From NCBI RefSeq assembly GCF_964213995.1, contig NC_135812.1:40424001-40488000 (forward strand): a stretch of DNA of 64,000 bases, given 5' to 3'. Origin of the DNA: Mustelus asterias (taxonomy: Eukaryota). Numbering within the stretch: the first letter of the stretch is position 1; each line of letters opens with the position of its first letter. The notes under the pieces were generated by a model, which did no database searches, had not been told where the DNA came from, and saw nothing but the letters and a program-made list of their open reading frames with translations. A program made the translations under genes and the position numbers. Positions 36,103 through 49,059 of this stretch are shown in pieces.

Positions 36103-37410
36103 TGTGATACAACCAGAAAGAATGCTTTCTATGGTGCATCTGTAAAAGTTGGTGAGAGTCGTAGCTGACATGCCAAATTTCCTTAGTCTTCTGAGAAAGT
36201 AGAGGCATTGGTGGGTTTTCATAACTATAGTATCGTCATGGGGCGATCAGGACAGGTTGTTGGTGATCTGGACACCTAAAAACATGAAGCTCTTGACCAT
36301 TTCTACTTTGTCCCCATTGATGTAGTCAGGGGTATGTTCTCCACTACGCTTTCTGAAGTCGATGACAATCTCCTTCATTTTGTTGACACTTGAGGGAGAG
36401 ATTATTGTCATCGCACCAGTTCACCAGATTCTCTATCTCATTCCTGTACTCTGTCTCATCATTGTTTGAGATCCGACCCACGACAGTGGTGTCATCAGCA
36501 AACTTGAAAATCGAGTTGGAAGGGAACTTGGCCACACAGTCATACTTGTATAAGGAGTATAGTAGGGGGCTGAGGACGTAGCCTTGTAGGGCACAGGTGT
36601 TGAGGATGATGGTGCAGGAGGTGTTGTTGCTTATCCTTACTGATTGTGATCTGTGGGTTAGGAAGTTCAGGATCCAATCGCAGAGGGAGAAGCCGCGGCC
36701 CAGGCCATGGAGTTTGGAGATGAGTTTCATGGGAATAATGGTGTTGAAGGCCGAGCTGTAGTCAATAAATAGGAGTGTGACATAGGTGTCTTTGATATCT
36801 AGGTGTTCCAGGGTTGAGTGCAGGGCGAGAGAGGTGACATCTGCTGTGGACCTGTTGCAGTGGTAGGCGAACTGTGGTGGATCCAGGCATTCCAGGAGGC
36901 TGGAATTGATTCGTGCCATGACTAACCTTTCAAAGCATTGCATAATGATGGACGTCAGAACCACCAGACGACAGTCATTAAGGCATGCTCCTTGGCTTTT
37001 CTTTGGTACCGGGATGATGGTCGTCTTCTTGAAGCTGATAGGGACCCCAGATTGTTGTAAAGAGAGGTTGAAGATGACTGTGAATACCCCTGCCAGCTGG
37101 TCTGCGCAGGATCTGAGTGCTCGTCCAGGTACCCCATCCCGGCCAGTCGCTTTCTGCAGGTTGACCTTCGAGAAGGCTGCTCTGACATCTGCAATGGTGA
37201 CCTCAGATACAGGTTCATCCGAGGTTTCCAGGGTGGAGGGCGTGCTCTCACTGACCTCTTGCTCAAAACGGGCATAGAATGCATTGAGCTCATCAGGGAG
37301 GGATGTGTTGGAGCCGGCGATTTTACATGCCTTCATTTGTAGCCTTTTATGTCTTGCAGACCTTGCCATAGTCAGCAGGGTCTGTGTGGCTAGCCTGGGA
37401 CTCTGGCTTG
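36103..37410 (-). mobile_element. Rex1/Babar LINE fragment that truncates the ERV gag
   Basis: ORF 36344-37432: LPDELNAFYARFE, CADQLAGVF, QFAY, FIDYSSAFN, KFADDTTVVG. Confidence 0.93.
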
Positions 37411-37424
37411 GTCTGGTACTGTCT

Positions 37425-38632
37425 TTAATCATGGCTGATCATCGAATTCAGTATCCTGATTCCTCCCCCCCATATCTCTTAATCTCTTTAACCCCAACAT
37501 CTGTATCAAATTTCTTCTTGAAATCAGACAACATTTTGGCCTCAACTACTTTCTGTGATAGTGAATTCCACATACTCACCACTCTCTGGGTGAAGAAATT
37601 TCTCCTCACCTCAGTTCTAAAATGTTTACTCCTTATTCTCAAGCTAAGACCTTGTTCTGGACTCCCTCACAATTGGGAACATTCTTTCTGAATCTACCCT
37701 GTCTAACCGTGTTAGAATTTTATAAGTTTCTATGAGATCTCTCAAACTCTAGTGAATATAATCCTAACCGACTTAGTCTCTCCTCATATGATAGACCTGC
37801 CATCCCAGGTCTTTGCTGTACTCTCTCTATAGCAAGGACATCCTTCCTCAGGTAAGGACACCAGAACGGCACACAATACTCCAGGTGTGGCCTCACCAAC
37901 GCCCTATACAATTGCAGGAAAACATCCCTGTCCCTATACTCAAATCCTCTCACTATGAAGGCCAGCAAACCATTTGCCTTCTTTACTGCCTGCTGTACCT
38001 GCGCACTTAATTTCAGCAACTGATGCACGAGGACACCAAGGTCTTACTGAGTGTCCACCTCTCTCAATTTACACCCATTCAAGTAATTATCTGTCTTGCT
38101 AGTGTTGCTACCAAAGTGGATAACCTCTCATTTATCAACATTATACTGCATCTGCCATGCAGATGCCCACACACACAGCCTATCCTGAAGCATCTCTGCA
38201 TCCTCCTCACAGCTCCCCCTCCCACCCAACTTTGTATCATCTGCAAATTTGGAGATAATACATATAGTTCCCTCTTCCAAATCATTAATATGTAATGTGA
38301 ACAGTTGGGGATCTAGCACAGATCCCTGTGGAACCCCACTAGTCACTGACTGCCAATCAGAAAAGTACCCATTTACGCCAACTCTGCTTCCTATCTGCTA
38401 ACCAGCTATTTGTCATCTCAAGACATTACCTGCAATCCCATGTGCTTTAACTTTACATAGTAGTCTGTTATATGAGACCTTGTCAAAAGTCTTCTGAAAG
38501 TCTAAATAAACCACATCCACTGGTTCTCCTCAGTTAACTCTACTGGTTACATCCTCAAAGAATTCCAATCAATCCGTCAAGCATGATTTCTCTTTTGTAA
38601 ATCCATGCTGACTTTATCTCATTATACCACTG
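37425..38632 (-). mobile_element. CR1 RT/3' fragment
   Basis: ORFs 38128-38346 (PQGSVL..FADDTKLGG), 37720-38028 and 37448-37642. Confidence 0.9.
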
Positions 38633-38639
38633 CCTCTTA

Positions 38640-41602
38640 GCGAGATAATAGACTGTCCTTTACTAGTCGGGAATTCACCTATTTGAAGTCAAATGGAATT
38701 TGACACGTTAGGATGGCACCATACCATCTATCACCCAACAGACTGACGGAAAGAGCGGTCCAGACCTTGAAAGAAGGATGGAAGAAACAGTCTGCAGCCT
38801 CTTTGGACACCAAACTTTCCAGATTTCTTTTTAATTAGCGCCAGCCAAGGTGCTCATGGGCAGACGACTCCACACCATGTTGAGCCTGATCTTCCCAAAC
38901 CTGGGGAAGGGGGGTGAGGGGAGGGTGGGAAGGCATCAAGAAGCAGGCAGCAAGGAACAAATCAGATGCTCGAGGAGTATAAAAAGTGCAAGAAGCTACA
39001 TAAGAGGGAAATCAGGAGGGCTAAAAGAAGACATGAGGTTGCTTTGGCAGACAGAGTGAAGGAAAATCCAAAGAGCTTCTATAGGTATGTTAGGAGCAAA
39101 AGGATAGTGAGGGATAAAATTGGTCCTCTTGAAGACCAGAGTGGTAGACTGTGTATGGAACCAAAAGAGCTGGGGGAGATACTAAATGGTTTTTTTGCAT
39201 CCGTATTTACTGAGGAAACGGGCATGGAGTCTACGGAAATAGGGCAAACTGGTAGGGAGGCCATGGAAGCTTTACAGATTAAAGGGGAGGAGGTGCTCGC
39301 TGTCTTGAGGCAAATCAGAGTGGATAAATCCCCAGGACCGGACAGGATATTCCCACGGACCTTGAGGGAAGCTAGTGTTGAACTTGCAGGGGCCCTGGCA
39401 GACATATTTAAAATGTCAGTATTCACGGGGGAGGTGCCGGATGATTGGAGGGTGGCTCATGTTGTTCCGTTGTTTAGAAAAGGTTCCAAAAGAAATCCGG
39501 GAAATTATTGGCCAGTAAGTTTGACGTCGGTGGTGGGCAAGTTATTGGAAGGTGTGATAAGAGATAGGATCTACAAATATTTGGATAGACAGGGACTTAT
39601 TAGGGAGAGTCAACATGGCTTTGTGCGTGGTAGGTCATGTTTGACCAATCTATTCGAGTTTTTCGAGGAGGTTACCAGGAAAGTGGATGAAGGGAAGGCG
39701 GTGGATGGTGTCTACCTGGATTTCAGCAAGGCCTTTGACAAGGTCCCTCATGGGAGGTTAGTTAGGAAGGTTCAGTCGCTAGGTATACATGGGGAGGTAG
39801 TAAATTGGATAAGACACTGGCTCAATGGAAGAAGCCAGAGAGTGGTTGTGGAGGATTGCTTCTCTGAGTGGAGGCCTGTGACTAGTGGTGTGCCGCAGGG
39901 ATCGGTGTTGGGTCCATTGTTGTTTGTCATCTATATCAATGATCTGGATGATAATGTGGTAAATTGGATCAGCAAGTTTGCTGATGATACAAAGATTGGA
40001 GGTGTAGTGGACAGTGAGGAAGGTTTCACAGAGGGATTTGGACCAACTAGAAAATTGGGCTGAAAAATGGCAAATGGAGTTTAACGCGGACAAGTGTGAG
40101 ATATTGCACTTTGGAGGGACAAACCAAAGAAGAACGTACAGGGTAAATGGTAGGACTCTGAAGAGTGCAGTTGAACAGAGGGATCTGGGAATACAGGTAC
40201 AGAATTCCCTAAAAGTGACGTCACAGGTGGATAGGGTCGTAAAGAGTGCCTTTGGTACATTGGCCTTTATAAATCGGAGTATCGAGTATAAAAGTTGGAG
40301 CTTTATGGTAAGGTTATATAAGGCATTGGTGAGGCCGAATTTGGAGTATTGTGTACAGTTTTGGTCACCTAGTTACAGGAAGGATGTAAATAAGGTTGAA
40401 AGAGTGCAGAGAAGGTTCACAAGGATGTTGCCGGGACTTGAGAAGCTGAGTTACAGAGAGAGATTGAATAGGTTGGGACTTTATTCCCTGGAGCGTAGAA
40501 GATTGAGGGGAGATTTGATAGAGGTGTATAAGATTTTGATGGGTATAGATAGAGTGAATGCAAGCAGGCTTTTTCCGCTGAGGCTAGGGGAGAAAAAAAC
40601 CAGAGGGCATGGGTTAAGGGTGAAAGGAGAAAAGTTTAAAGGGAATATTAGGGGGGGCTTCTTCACGCAGAGAGTGGTGGGAGTGTGGAATGAGCTGCCG
40701 GATAAAGTGGTAAATGCGGGGTCACTTTTAACATTTAAGAAAAACTTGGACGGGTTCATGGATGAGAGGCGTGTGGAGGGATATGGTCCAAGTGCAGGTC
40801 AGTGGGACTAGGCATAAAATGGTTCGGCACAGACAAGAAGGGCCAAAAGGCCTGTTTCTGAGCTGTAATTTTCTATGGTTCTATGGAAGCCCAGTGCTGA
40901 GGTAACAATACCAGCTGTGAGACCTAAAGGCAGGGGGGATAAAGCTTTATTAAAGTATCATGGGAATGGCCTCACGTAGTTACAAGGCATAGTTGCCTTG
41001 AAGCCAGGACCGGTATCTTATGAAATCCACGTAGGGGATGCCATTCTGAGAAAACACCTGGACCATTGGAGAACCTTAAATTCTCACTTGTCCAGGAATC
41101 AACGATGCCCAGCATGTCGGGAGCCTCGGAAAAATCTCTGGGCCTGCTGGCCCCTGCTCTCCGCCACCAGTTAGAGTCTGAACTGGACATGGCGGATTTA
41201 GGTGCATTAACTCCCTTGCCGCCTAATGGAGGGAGTGAACCTAAGCGAAAGAGACGAACACTGGTTCGCTACACTCCACGTACCTCGGACGCGGGCTTGA
41301 GGATCGAGACCTGGCACTTAAATGCCTCAAGAGGCACTCAAGGTGGATGAATCATCAAGGTTCCTCAGACCGAGAGGGGTGGGATGTAATGACTTTAACG
41401 AGGCCCATGATGTGGACCTCATAGAATATGTGCTTCCTGATTAAGGCAGTACTGGGTTTGGCCAATCATAGAGCCATCCCTGAGTATATAATGTGGAGTG
41501 TCAGTGTTATTGGCACTCTGGGTTAATACTCTGTATGTGGAAGTACCTATCAGCCTCTGAGGAGTTATTTCAGTGACAGTAAATCTGTTGTCTGCAGTGT
41601 CA
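38640..41602 (+). mobile_element. Gypsy integrase plus 3' LTR fragment, split by a CR1
   Basis: FTSREF..KSNGI.HVRMAPYH....ERAVQTLK at 38640-38944; resumes at ~40887; PPT GAGAGGGGTGGGA followed by LTR start TGTAATG at 41385. Confidence 0.8.
38945..40886 (+). mobile_element. Young CR1 LINE, 5'-truncated, RT with one frameshift
   Basis: ORFs 38966-40063 (365 aa) and 40014-40811 (265 aa) with complete RT motifs; TTCTATGGTTCTATG tail; possible GAAGC target-site duplication. Confidence 0.96.
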
Positions 41603-43309
41603 ATCTACGAACTTCCATTTCCCATGTAAAAAAAAGCTGATGTCAAAATGCAACAAGCTAGTGATTACAATTCAAATATGATATTGTGCTGTTGTAGTAT
41701 TAAACGTTATCCACAGTCGTCAATTTTTCTGCTAGGTGTGTCAAATGGAAACGATTTTAAGCCCATACACTAAAATTAGCATGCTAATTAAGTTCTCATA
41801 TCACAGACATTAATTCTTCTTAAACTGATGCATTGCTAATTAAAATTTAATCACACCTTTTTCTCGTATGTAATTATAGTTTACAAACTGGAACAAGACT
41901 GACTTAGTTATATATACAGTACTATTTGCATTGTTTAAAGACACAGTAGCTTGACAAAAGGCCATTTCTCTTTTGGATTCTTTTAAAATAAAGGGGGTGA
42001 TTTTGTGCCCACATTAGGCATGAAAAGGGTGATGTGGGTGCAATATCTTGCGAAACTCATAAAATGAGATTCACGCCAATTTTTCCTGCCCCTTGCAGGG
42101 ACATAATGAAGTTTCCGCTCAGGAAAGTCAGGAACCTGATTTCAATACATTAACATCTCATTAGTAACTGGTTCCACTGTCACTTCCACCCACATTGAAT
42201 ATTGCAACCTTGTCGGCTTGAAGTCACGCCATCAAGGTTTACAACCGTTTTATAAAAATGTTAGCCTGGTTACCTCACCTCCAAGGGAGATATCGGAGGT
42301 GAACTTGTAGGTTCTCACAACCCACCAGGGAGTTTATGGAAAAGGGGCACCAGAGAGTCTTGAAATACATCAAGCAAATTCCGAGGACAAAGACCAGGTA
42401 TTTTGGCAGATAAAGCAAAATAGCCAGATAAAACCTGAAAAAACTTCCATTGGACATTGACTTACTGAACTCTAGTCATGTGAATTAAAACGAATAACAT
42501 TTTTGATTTTTTTTTAAGTAACTTGCAATTTGTGACTTCTTTCACTTTATTTCTCTGACTTTCTACATTGTATGCTTGTGAGTATAAATCTATGGCACAA
42601 TCCATCCTTTTGGGGTTTTGAATGTGTTTAGAAATCCTACTTTTGTTTCGCCTTAAAGAATTTGCCCTGCGGTTATTTTTTGACATTGGATCATATAAAC
42701 CAATGTTTGGGAAACACATGACTGCCCTTTTCAACAAGGGAAAGGATACAAAGGGAAACAAATTATATTAGAAATTAAAACTATTACTGTCAAAGGCAGA
42801 TGAGTAATGCTAGTTGAATCCACGAGGCCAAAGAAGACCTTGAATAGAGAATGTGACTAACAAGTTATTATATTGTTTGAATTACATTTTAAAAATTTCT
42901 CCCCAATCACTCCACAATGCAATGACTCGTAATAAAGTGTGTGACAACTAAACATTAAAGTTAGCGCTGAATTTTTTTCACAAGCCTGTCAATTTCTGAA
43001 AGGACAAAGACTGGGTTACTACTCCTCGTAGAAACCATTCCACCGCCCCCCCCCCCCCCCTGCTTTCTGCATTTTTTTTGGACTTGCCTAGCTGTGAAGA
43101 TCATGACCACTGTGCCTCTGTAGTGTGATTCTGATTGGAGCCCTTCAGCATGGGAAGATGGTGATTCAGGAGGATTCTCGTAATGAAGCTTCCTCTGCTG
43201 GACTGCGTTGACACCCTTCTATGGTTACTGTTGACGTTCTTGGGTCATTTTGTGCAGATGATCACAATTATGGCGCCTTAAAGACCCCCTTGCATATCCT
43301 CCTTCCAGA

Positions 43310-43635
43310 TCATAGAATCCTAGAATCCATACAGTGCAGAAGGAGACTATTCAGCCCATTGAGCCTGCACTGACAACAATCCCACCCAGGCCCTATTCCC
43401 ATAACCCCATATGTTTACCCTGAAAATCTCCCTGATACTAAAAGCCAATTTAGCAAGGCCAATCAACCTAACCTGCACTTCTTTGGACTGTGGAAGGAAA
43501 CCGGAGCACCCGGAGGAAACCCGTGCAGACACAGGGAGAACTTGCAAACTCCACACAGACAGCCACCAAGGCTGGAATTGAACACGGATCCCTGGTGCTG
43601 TGAGGCAGCAGTACTAACCACTATGTCACCGTGCC
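43310..43635 (-). mobile_element. HE1-like SINE, full-length
   Basis: CATAGAATCC tail through CTAACCACTATGTCACCGTGCC head. Confidence 0.92.
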
Positions 43636-43644
43636 ACCTACAGA

Positions 43645-44400
43645 TGTGGGAGATAGAATCACAGGGCACAAGCTTTCTGGCCCGCTATGCCAATCAACTG
43701 ACGCAAGGCTTTTGCACCGGGCGCAAAGCAAAAAGATCGTGAAGCCAATTCATCAACAAGCCTGGCAAGGCCATTTCTGTCTCCCTGGACGTTTCCCCCC
43801 TCGTCGGGAGAGGTCTTGCCGAAGGGAATCATTGGTTCCCACCAATGGGGACCAGATGCGAAGACCATCTCGGGGGGATCGGAGGCCATTGAAGCCCCTG
43901 GGTAGTCTGGCATAGCTGAGCAGTGCCCATTGGGAACCCTTGCATGCCCACCAGGCACCATAACCACACCGGGCCACTGCCAAGTGGGTGGGGCCTGAGT
44001 GGGAGGTGAGTCTATGACGGGTGGGAATGCAAGTGGAGAACTCTGTGGGAGGGGGGGACGGGAGGCAAGCAGGCAGTTCTGCAGGGTGAGCTCTGCAGAG
44101 GCAGGAAGGCAAGAGGCGTGGCGGCATTGGTGGGGTGGGGGGAGGCAAGGGGATGACCGACAGTGGGGGTTGGGCTGCTGAGAGGATCATGATAGGGGAG
44201 TCATTGGGAGGGTGGGAGGGTCCGATGTCGGCGTACCAATTTGCCCCCTGAGCAGCCTGCAGCTGGCTTATCCATTGAGCGTAGGCTCTGTCCCTCCCCA
44301 CCCCCCTCGTTCCCAGTATGAAACTCCAAACCACCAAAACAAATGACAGTGTGTGGGAAGATTGCAGTGTCAAACTTTTTTTTTGGGAAGATTCCACCCA
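43645..44400 (-). mobile_element. Non-autonomous Harbinger-type element
   Basis: Ends AAGATTCCACCC (reverse complement GGGTGGAATCTT, the same terminus as at 29499); GC-rich body. Confidence 0.55.
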
Positions 44401-46540
44401 CAGAGTTTTACAGCTCAAAACGATCCCCTTTGGCCCATTGTGTCTGTGCTAGCCATCAAACACCTATGTATTTTAATCCCATTTTCCAACACTCAGTCCA
44501 TAGCCTAGTATGCTATGGCATTTCAAGTGTTCACCTAAATGCATCGTAAATGTTTTGAGGGTTCCCACCTCTACCACCCTTTCAATCAATGAGTTCCAGA
44601 TTTCCACCATCCACTGGGTGAAAAGGTTTTTCCATAAATCCCCTCTAAATCCCTTGGACCTTACTTCAAATCTATACTCCCTAGTTATTGGCCGTTTTAC
44701 TAAGAGGAAATGTTCCTTCCTTCTACCCTATCTATGTCTCTTATAATTTTGTGCATATGGATCAGGTCCCCCCCTCAGCTTTCTCTGCTCTAAGGTAAAC
44801 AACCCCAGCCTAACCAGCCTCTCTTCATAGAATCCCTACAGTGCAGAAGGAGGCCATTTGGCCCACCCAGCCTGCACCGATTACAATCCCACCCAGGCCC
44901 TATCCCCTTAACCCCACATATTTACCCCACTAATCCCTCTAACCTATGCATCCCAGGACACTAAGGGGCAATTTAGCATGGCCAGTCAACCTCACATCTT
45001 TGGACTGTGGGAGGAAACCGGAGCACCTGGAGGAAACCCACACAGACATGGGAGAATGTGCAAACCCCACACAGACAGTGACCCAAGCTGGGAATTGAAC
45101 CCAAGTCCCTGGAGCTATGAGGCAGCAGTGCTAGCCGCTGTGCCGCCCCCAAAGCTGTAATGCTCCAGCCCAGGCAACATCCTGGTGAATCTCCTCTGTA
45201 CCCTTTCTAGTACAATAACATCCTTCTTATAGTGTGGTGACCAGAACTACACACTGTACTCTAGTTGTGACCTAATGAGTGTTTTTTACAGCTCCATCAT
45301 AACCTCCCTCTTATATACTATGCCTATCCTACATGTCATCGTAACCACTTTTTCTACCTGTCCTGCTGCCTTCAGGGATCTTTGGACATGTGCTCCAAGG
45401 TCCCTTTGGTCCTCTCTACTTCCTAGCATCCTACCATTCATTTTGTACTTCCTTACCTTGTTAGTCCTTCCAAGATTCATCACCTCACACTTTTCAGGAT
45501 TGAATTCCATTTGCCACTGCTCTGCCCATCTGATCAGCCTGTCTATATCGTCCTGTAATCTAAGGCTTTCCTTCTTGTTATTTACCTACCACTAATTTAC
45601 TGCAAATTTACTGACCATACCTCCTACTTTTATGTCTAGATCATTAATATACACCACAAACAATAAGGGACTGATCACTGATCCCTGTGGTACCCCGCTG
45701 GGCACAGGCTTCCAGTGATAAAAACAACCTTCAGCCATTACCCTCTGTCTCCTTCCACTAAACCAATTTTGGATCCAATTTGCCAAATTGCCATGGATCC
45801 CGTGAGATCCTCTTGACCAGTCTCCCATATGGGGCCTTGTCAAAAGCCTTACATCAACGACAAAGCTCTCATTTACACACTTAGTCATTTGCTTGAAAAA
45901 TTCAATCAAGTTTGATAGACATGATTTGCCCCTGACAAAACCATGCTGACTATCTTTGATTATCCCTTGCCTCTCCAAGTGGAGAATAAATCTGTCCCTT
46001 AGAATTTTTTTCAATAATTTTCCTACTAGTAGTGTTAGACTCACTGCCCTGTAATTACATTGTTTATCCCAACTTCCCTTCTTGAATAATGGTACCATGA
46101 TAGCTGTACTCCAATCCTCTGGCACCTCTCCTGTGTGTTACCTTCAATGCGTCTGACTGCATTAAAATAAATGTCATCCAGCCTTGCCACGTTCCCTTGT
46201 GCCTTAACATGTCTACCTTTACTCTGCCTTCCAGACTGAATTGGTTGTTCTTTTATATTTGGCTGTGCATCACCCTCTACAGTGCATCTACTCAGTATCC
46301 CATCTCCTGCCAAATTAGTTTAACCACCCCCCATTCCCCCACCCCAACAGCACTAGCAAACCTACCCGCAAGGGTGCTGGTCTTGTTCCAGTTCAGGCGC
46401 AATCCATCTAACTTGTATAGGTCCCAACTTCCCAGGAATGGACCCAGTCATTCAGGAAACTAAAGCTGTCTCTCCTGCACCTTCTTTTCATTCACGCATT
46501 TTTCTGCTCTATCCTTCTATTCCCATATTCACTAGCACGT
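44400..46540 (-). mobile_element. CR1 LINE, internally deleted, with a nested SINE
   Basis: ORFs 45592-46125 (QHGFVRGKSCL, PQGSVISP) and 45286-45510; ORF1/ORF2 boundary-like sequence at 46140-46540. Confidence 0.88.
44827..45148 (-). mobile_element. HE1-like SINE, full-length
   Basis: ATAGAATCCCTACAGTGCAGAAGG tail through GCTAGCCGCTGTGCCGCC head. Confidence 0.92.
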
Positions 46541-46639
46541 GTCGCACCTCATCTTTCATTTATCAGTAGACCTGCATCCTTTCCCTCAACGTTTGGTGTT
46601 GCTTCTTGCAAATTCATTGGCAGAATAGGCACTCCGATG

Positions 46640-47045
46640 CTAGTGTTCTCTTTTAGGACAATATCCCCAGTATCGAGGAGACAGGTTATGGTTAATCAGC
46701 TGCGTTGAGCAGGCCACATTGTTCAGATGCCTGACACAAGACTCCCAAAACAAGGTCCTCATCACACCAAGCAATTACCCAGCAGGCAGAAGAAATGTTT
46801 CAAGGACGTCCTCAAAAAACTTCCCTGAAAAAATGCAACATCTCCATCTATGTGTGGGAATCTCTTGCTCGAGACCCCCAAACTAGAGAAGAAGCATCTG
46901 CAAAGGTGCAAACCATTTTGAGTGTCTCCGACAGGCCCAGGTGGAGGCCAGTCGCAAACAGTAGGAGCAGCGTACCAAAATCCAAACATCCCACCTCATC
47001 AACTATTACCTGCCCCACCTCTGGCAGAGTTTGCAGAGTAACAGT
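46640..47045 (+). mobile_element. RTE-clade LINE 3' fragment
   Basis: IPSIE...QLR*AGHIVQMPDTRLPKQ...FKDVLK...WESLARD, an RTE ORF C-terminus. Confidence 0.75.
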
Positions 47046-47140
47046 TTTAACAACACCAGGTTAAAGTCCAACAGGTTTATTTTGTAGCAAATACCATTAG
47101 CTTTCGGAGCGCTGCTCCTTCGTCAGATGGAGTGGAAATT
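47046..47140 (-). mobile_element. Penelope-like element terminal fragment
   Basis: Reverse complement is homologous to 36-122 (AATAAACCTGTTGGACTTTAACCTGGTGTTG). Confidence 0.8.
47094..47130 (-). ncRNA. Minimal type-I hammerhead ribozyme (PLE-associated)
   Basis: CCAU-CUGACGA-A-GGAGC(AGC)GCUCC-GAAA-GCUA-AUGG. Confidence 0.78.
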
Positions 47141-47342
47141 TGCAGACCCAGCATTGGACACTTTTGTCACCTCAAGACCCACAAGACTGGGGTGCAAGAA
47201 AGTCATCCTCAGTTCCAATGGACTGCCTAAGAAGAAGGTATAAAAAGGAAAAGGGTAGCTATGATAAACTTTGCGCCCTTGGAATGACAGGCAGGAAAAA
47301 ATTGTCATGGGGAATGAGGAACTAACAGAGGCGTTGAACAAA

Positions 47343-47468
47343 TAGGCCGGAATTTTACCGTCATGCCCGCCTGGAATCGGGGCGGGCAAGGCTCGCAGAA
47401 CGGAATTCTCCGTTGGCCTCGGGCAGGATTTTACGAGCCTCGCCCAAGCGGGGTTGTCAATTCCTGAC
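47343..47468. mobile_element. Short Harbinger-type MITE
   Basis: GGCCGGAATTTTACC start; same layout as 13727-13862. Confidence 0.6.
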
Positions 47469-48097
47469 AATGGTGTCTGTCTTCACAGTAGAAGGCACAA
47501 GTTTCATATCAGAAATTGACTAGCCTAGATGCTAAAAAGAGTGAGAAAATTAAGGAAATTAATATCAGCAGACAAAAAAGCATCTAAAATCTGACAAATC
47601 CCTGAGACCTGATAGCCTGCACCATAGGGTTTGAAAAGAGATGGCTGCAGAGATAGTAGATTCACAAGTTATGGTTTTCCAAAATTCCTCAGATTCGGGA
47701 ACAGTCCCATCAGATTGAAACTTGGCAAATGTAACACCGCTTTTTAAGAGAGGAAAAAATAAAACCGTGAACTACAAGCCAGTTGGCTTGACATTTCAGT
47801 CATTGGGAAACTGCTAGGTTCTGTTATTAAGGAAGTCTTAACAATGTATTTAGGCAAGTATAGCATGAGTAGAACCAGTCTAAATTGTTTTACTAAAGGG
47901 AAACCCTGTTTGATAACTTCCAAGCACACTTTTCTCTGTTCTATCCTCCTATTCCCATACTCACTAGCACGTGTTGCACTTCGGCTTTCATTTAATTGTA
48001 GACCTGCTTCCCTTCCCTTTTGTTGCTACTGAGAATTCTTTGAAAATGTAACTAGTAGGGTAGAGAAAGGGAACCAGTAGATGTCGGGGGCGGGTTG

Positions 48098-48782
48098 GGG
48101 GGAATCTCTTACCAAAATTTCTCTAAGTGTCAGGCTTCAACAGAAAACTGGCATGAAGCTCACCATCTCCACAGACCAGTTTTCTCTCCAGATTTTGAGC
48201 CTTAGTCCAAAAAACGGAGTGGGTGTGGTTTGCGCCATCATTTTGGTGAGGTGGGGCTTCATAGAGCCAGCAAGACCAACTCCACTGAAATCAGGGCGAC
48301 ATTTTTAAATAATGCCCTGATCAGAATAAAAAGTTCTCCCGCCCCGCCATAGATAAATAAAAGAACCCAACCGCATAGGGATCCCACTAGGGTCCATCCC
48401 TGGCAATGCCCCTGCGCAAGTGTGCCAGGGGCATTGCCAACCCCCCGGAAGCTATAGTGCCCTTTGTGATCCCCGGGGGGACCTCTCAGGTTTAGATTTT
48501 TAAAATCCTGTCAAAATCTCACCGATGTGATCGGTGAAGTATGATTATTCAGTGAGGGGGGATATTTGGCGAGGAGACTAATTAAACATGTGGACATTTA
48601 TTAAAATGTATTAAAGTCACATACTCACCCATTATGTTCATGAACCTGATTACATCATTGGCGAGAGCCATTGAAAATCGGAAAGTGTGTTCACACCAGA
48701 ATGAACCACACTTTTCAATTCCTATGGTATTTGCTGCCACTCTGCTGATCCCGCGCGGAGAGTGTGGGGTCAAAATCTGCCT
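48098..48782. mobile_element. Non-autonomous Harbinger-type element
   Basis: Homologous to the 29499-30110 head; ends GTCAAAATCTGCC; interrupts CR1 RT. Confidence 0.6.
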
Positions 48783-48877
48783 CCATAGTCTACCTGAATT
48801 TCCAAATTGCATTCGATGAAGTGTCACACAAAAGGTTAATAGGTAAAATTAGGGCTCATGGCATTGGGGGTAATATA

Positions 48878-49059
48878 CAGTGTAGCCCCGTTTTAACGCG
48901 ATGGTTGGGGTCCATAAAATGTTATCGTGAATGTTATCGGGGTCGCGTTAAATCGGGGTCGTGCTAAATCACTAAACCGGAAATAGCAAAAAAAGAGGGT
49001 CCATCGCGTCATATCCGATTTTGCGCTAAATGGGGGCGCGTAAAATCGGGGTTCCACTG
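48878..49059. mobile_element. Tc1/mariner (pogo/Tigger-type) MITE
   Basis: TA|CAGTGTAGCCCCGTTTTAACGCG ... CGCGTAAAATCGGGGTTCCACTG|TA: 23-bp imperfect TIRs with a TA target-site duplication. Confidence 0.9.

Noticed and set aside
42462-42761. 99-aa minus-strand ORF in unique AT-rich DNA
   Set aside because: No motifs and no convincing splice sites
43753-44418. 221-aa Pro-rich ORF, and the 169-aa ORF at 60842-61351
   Set aside because: They are stop-poor frames in GC-rich MITE bodies with no domain motifs
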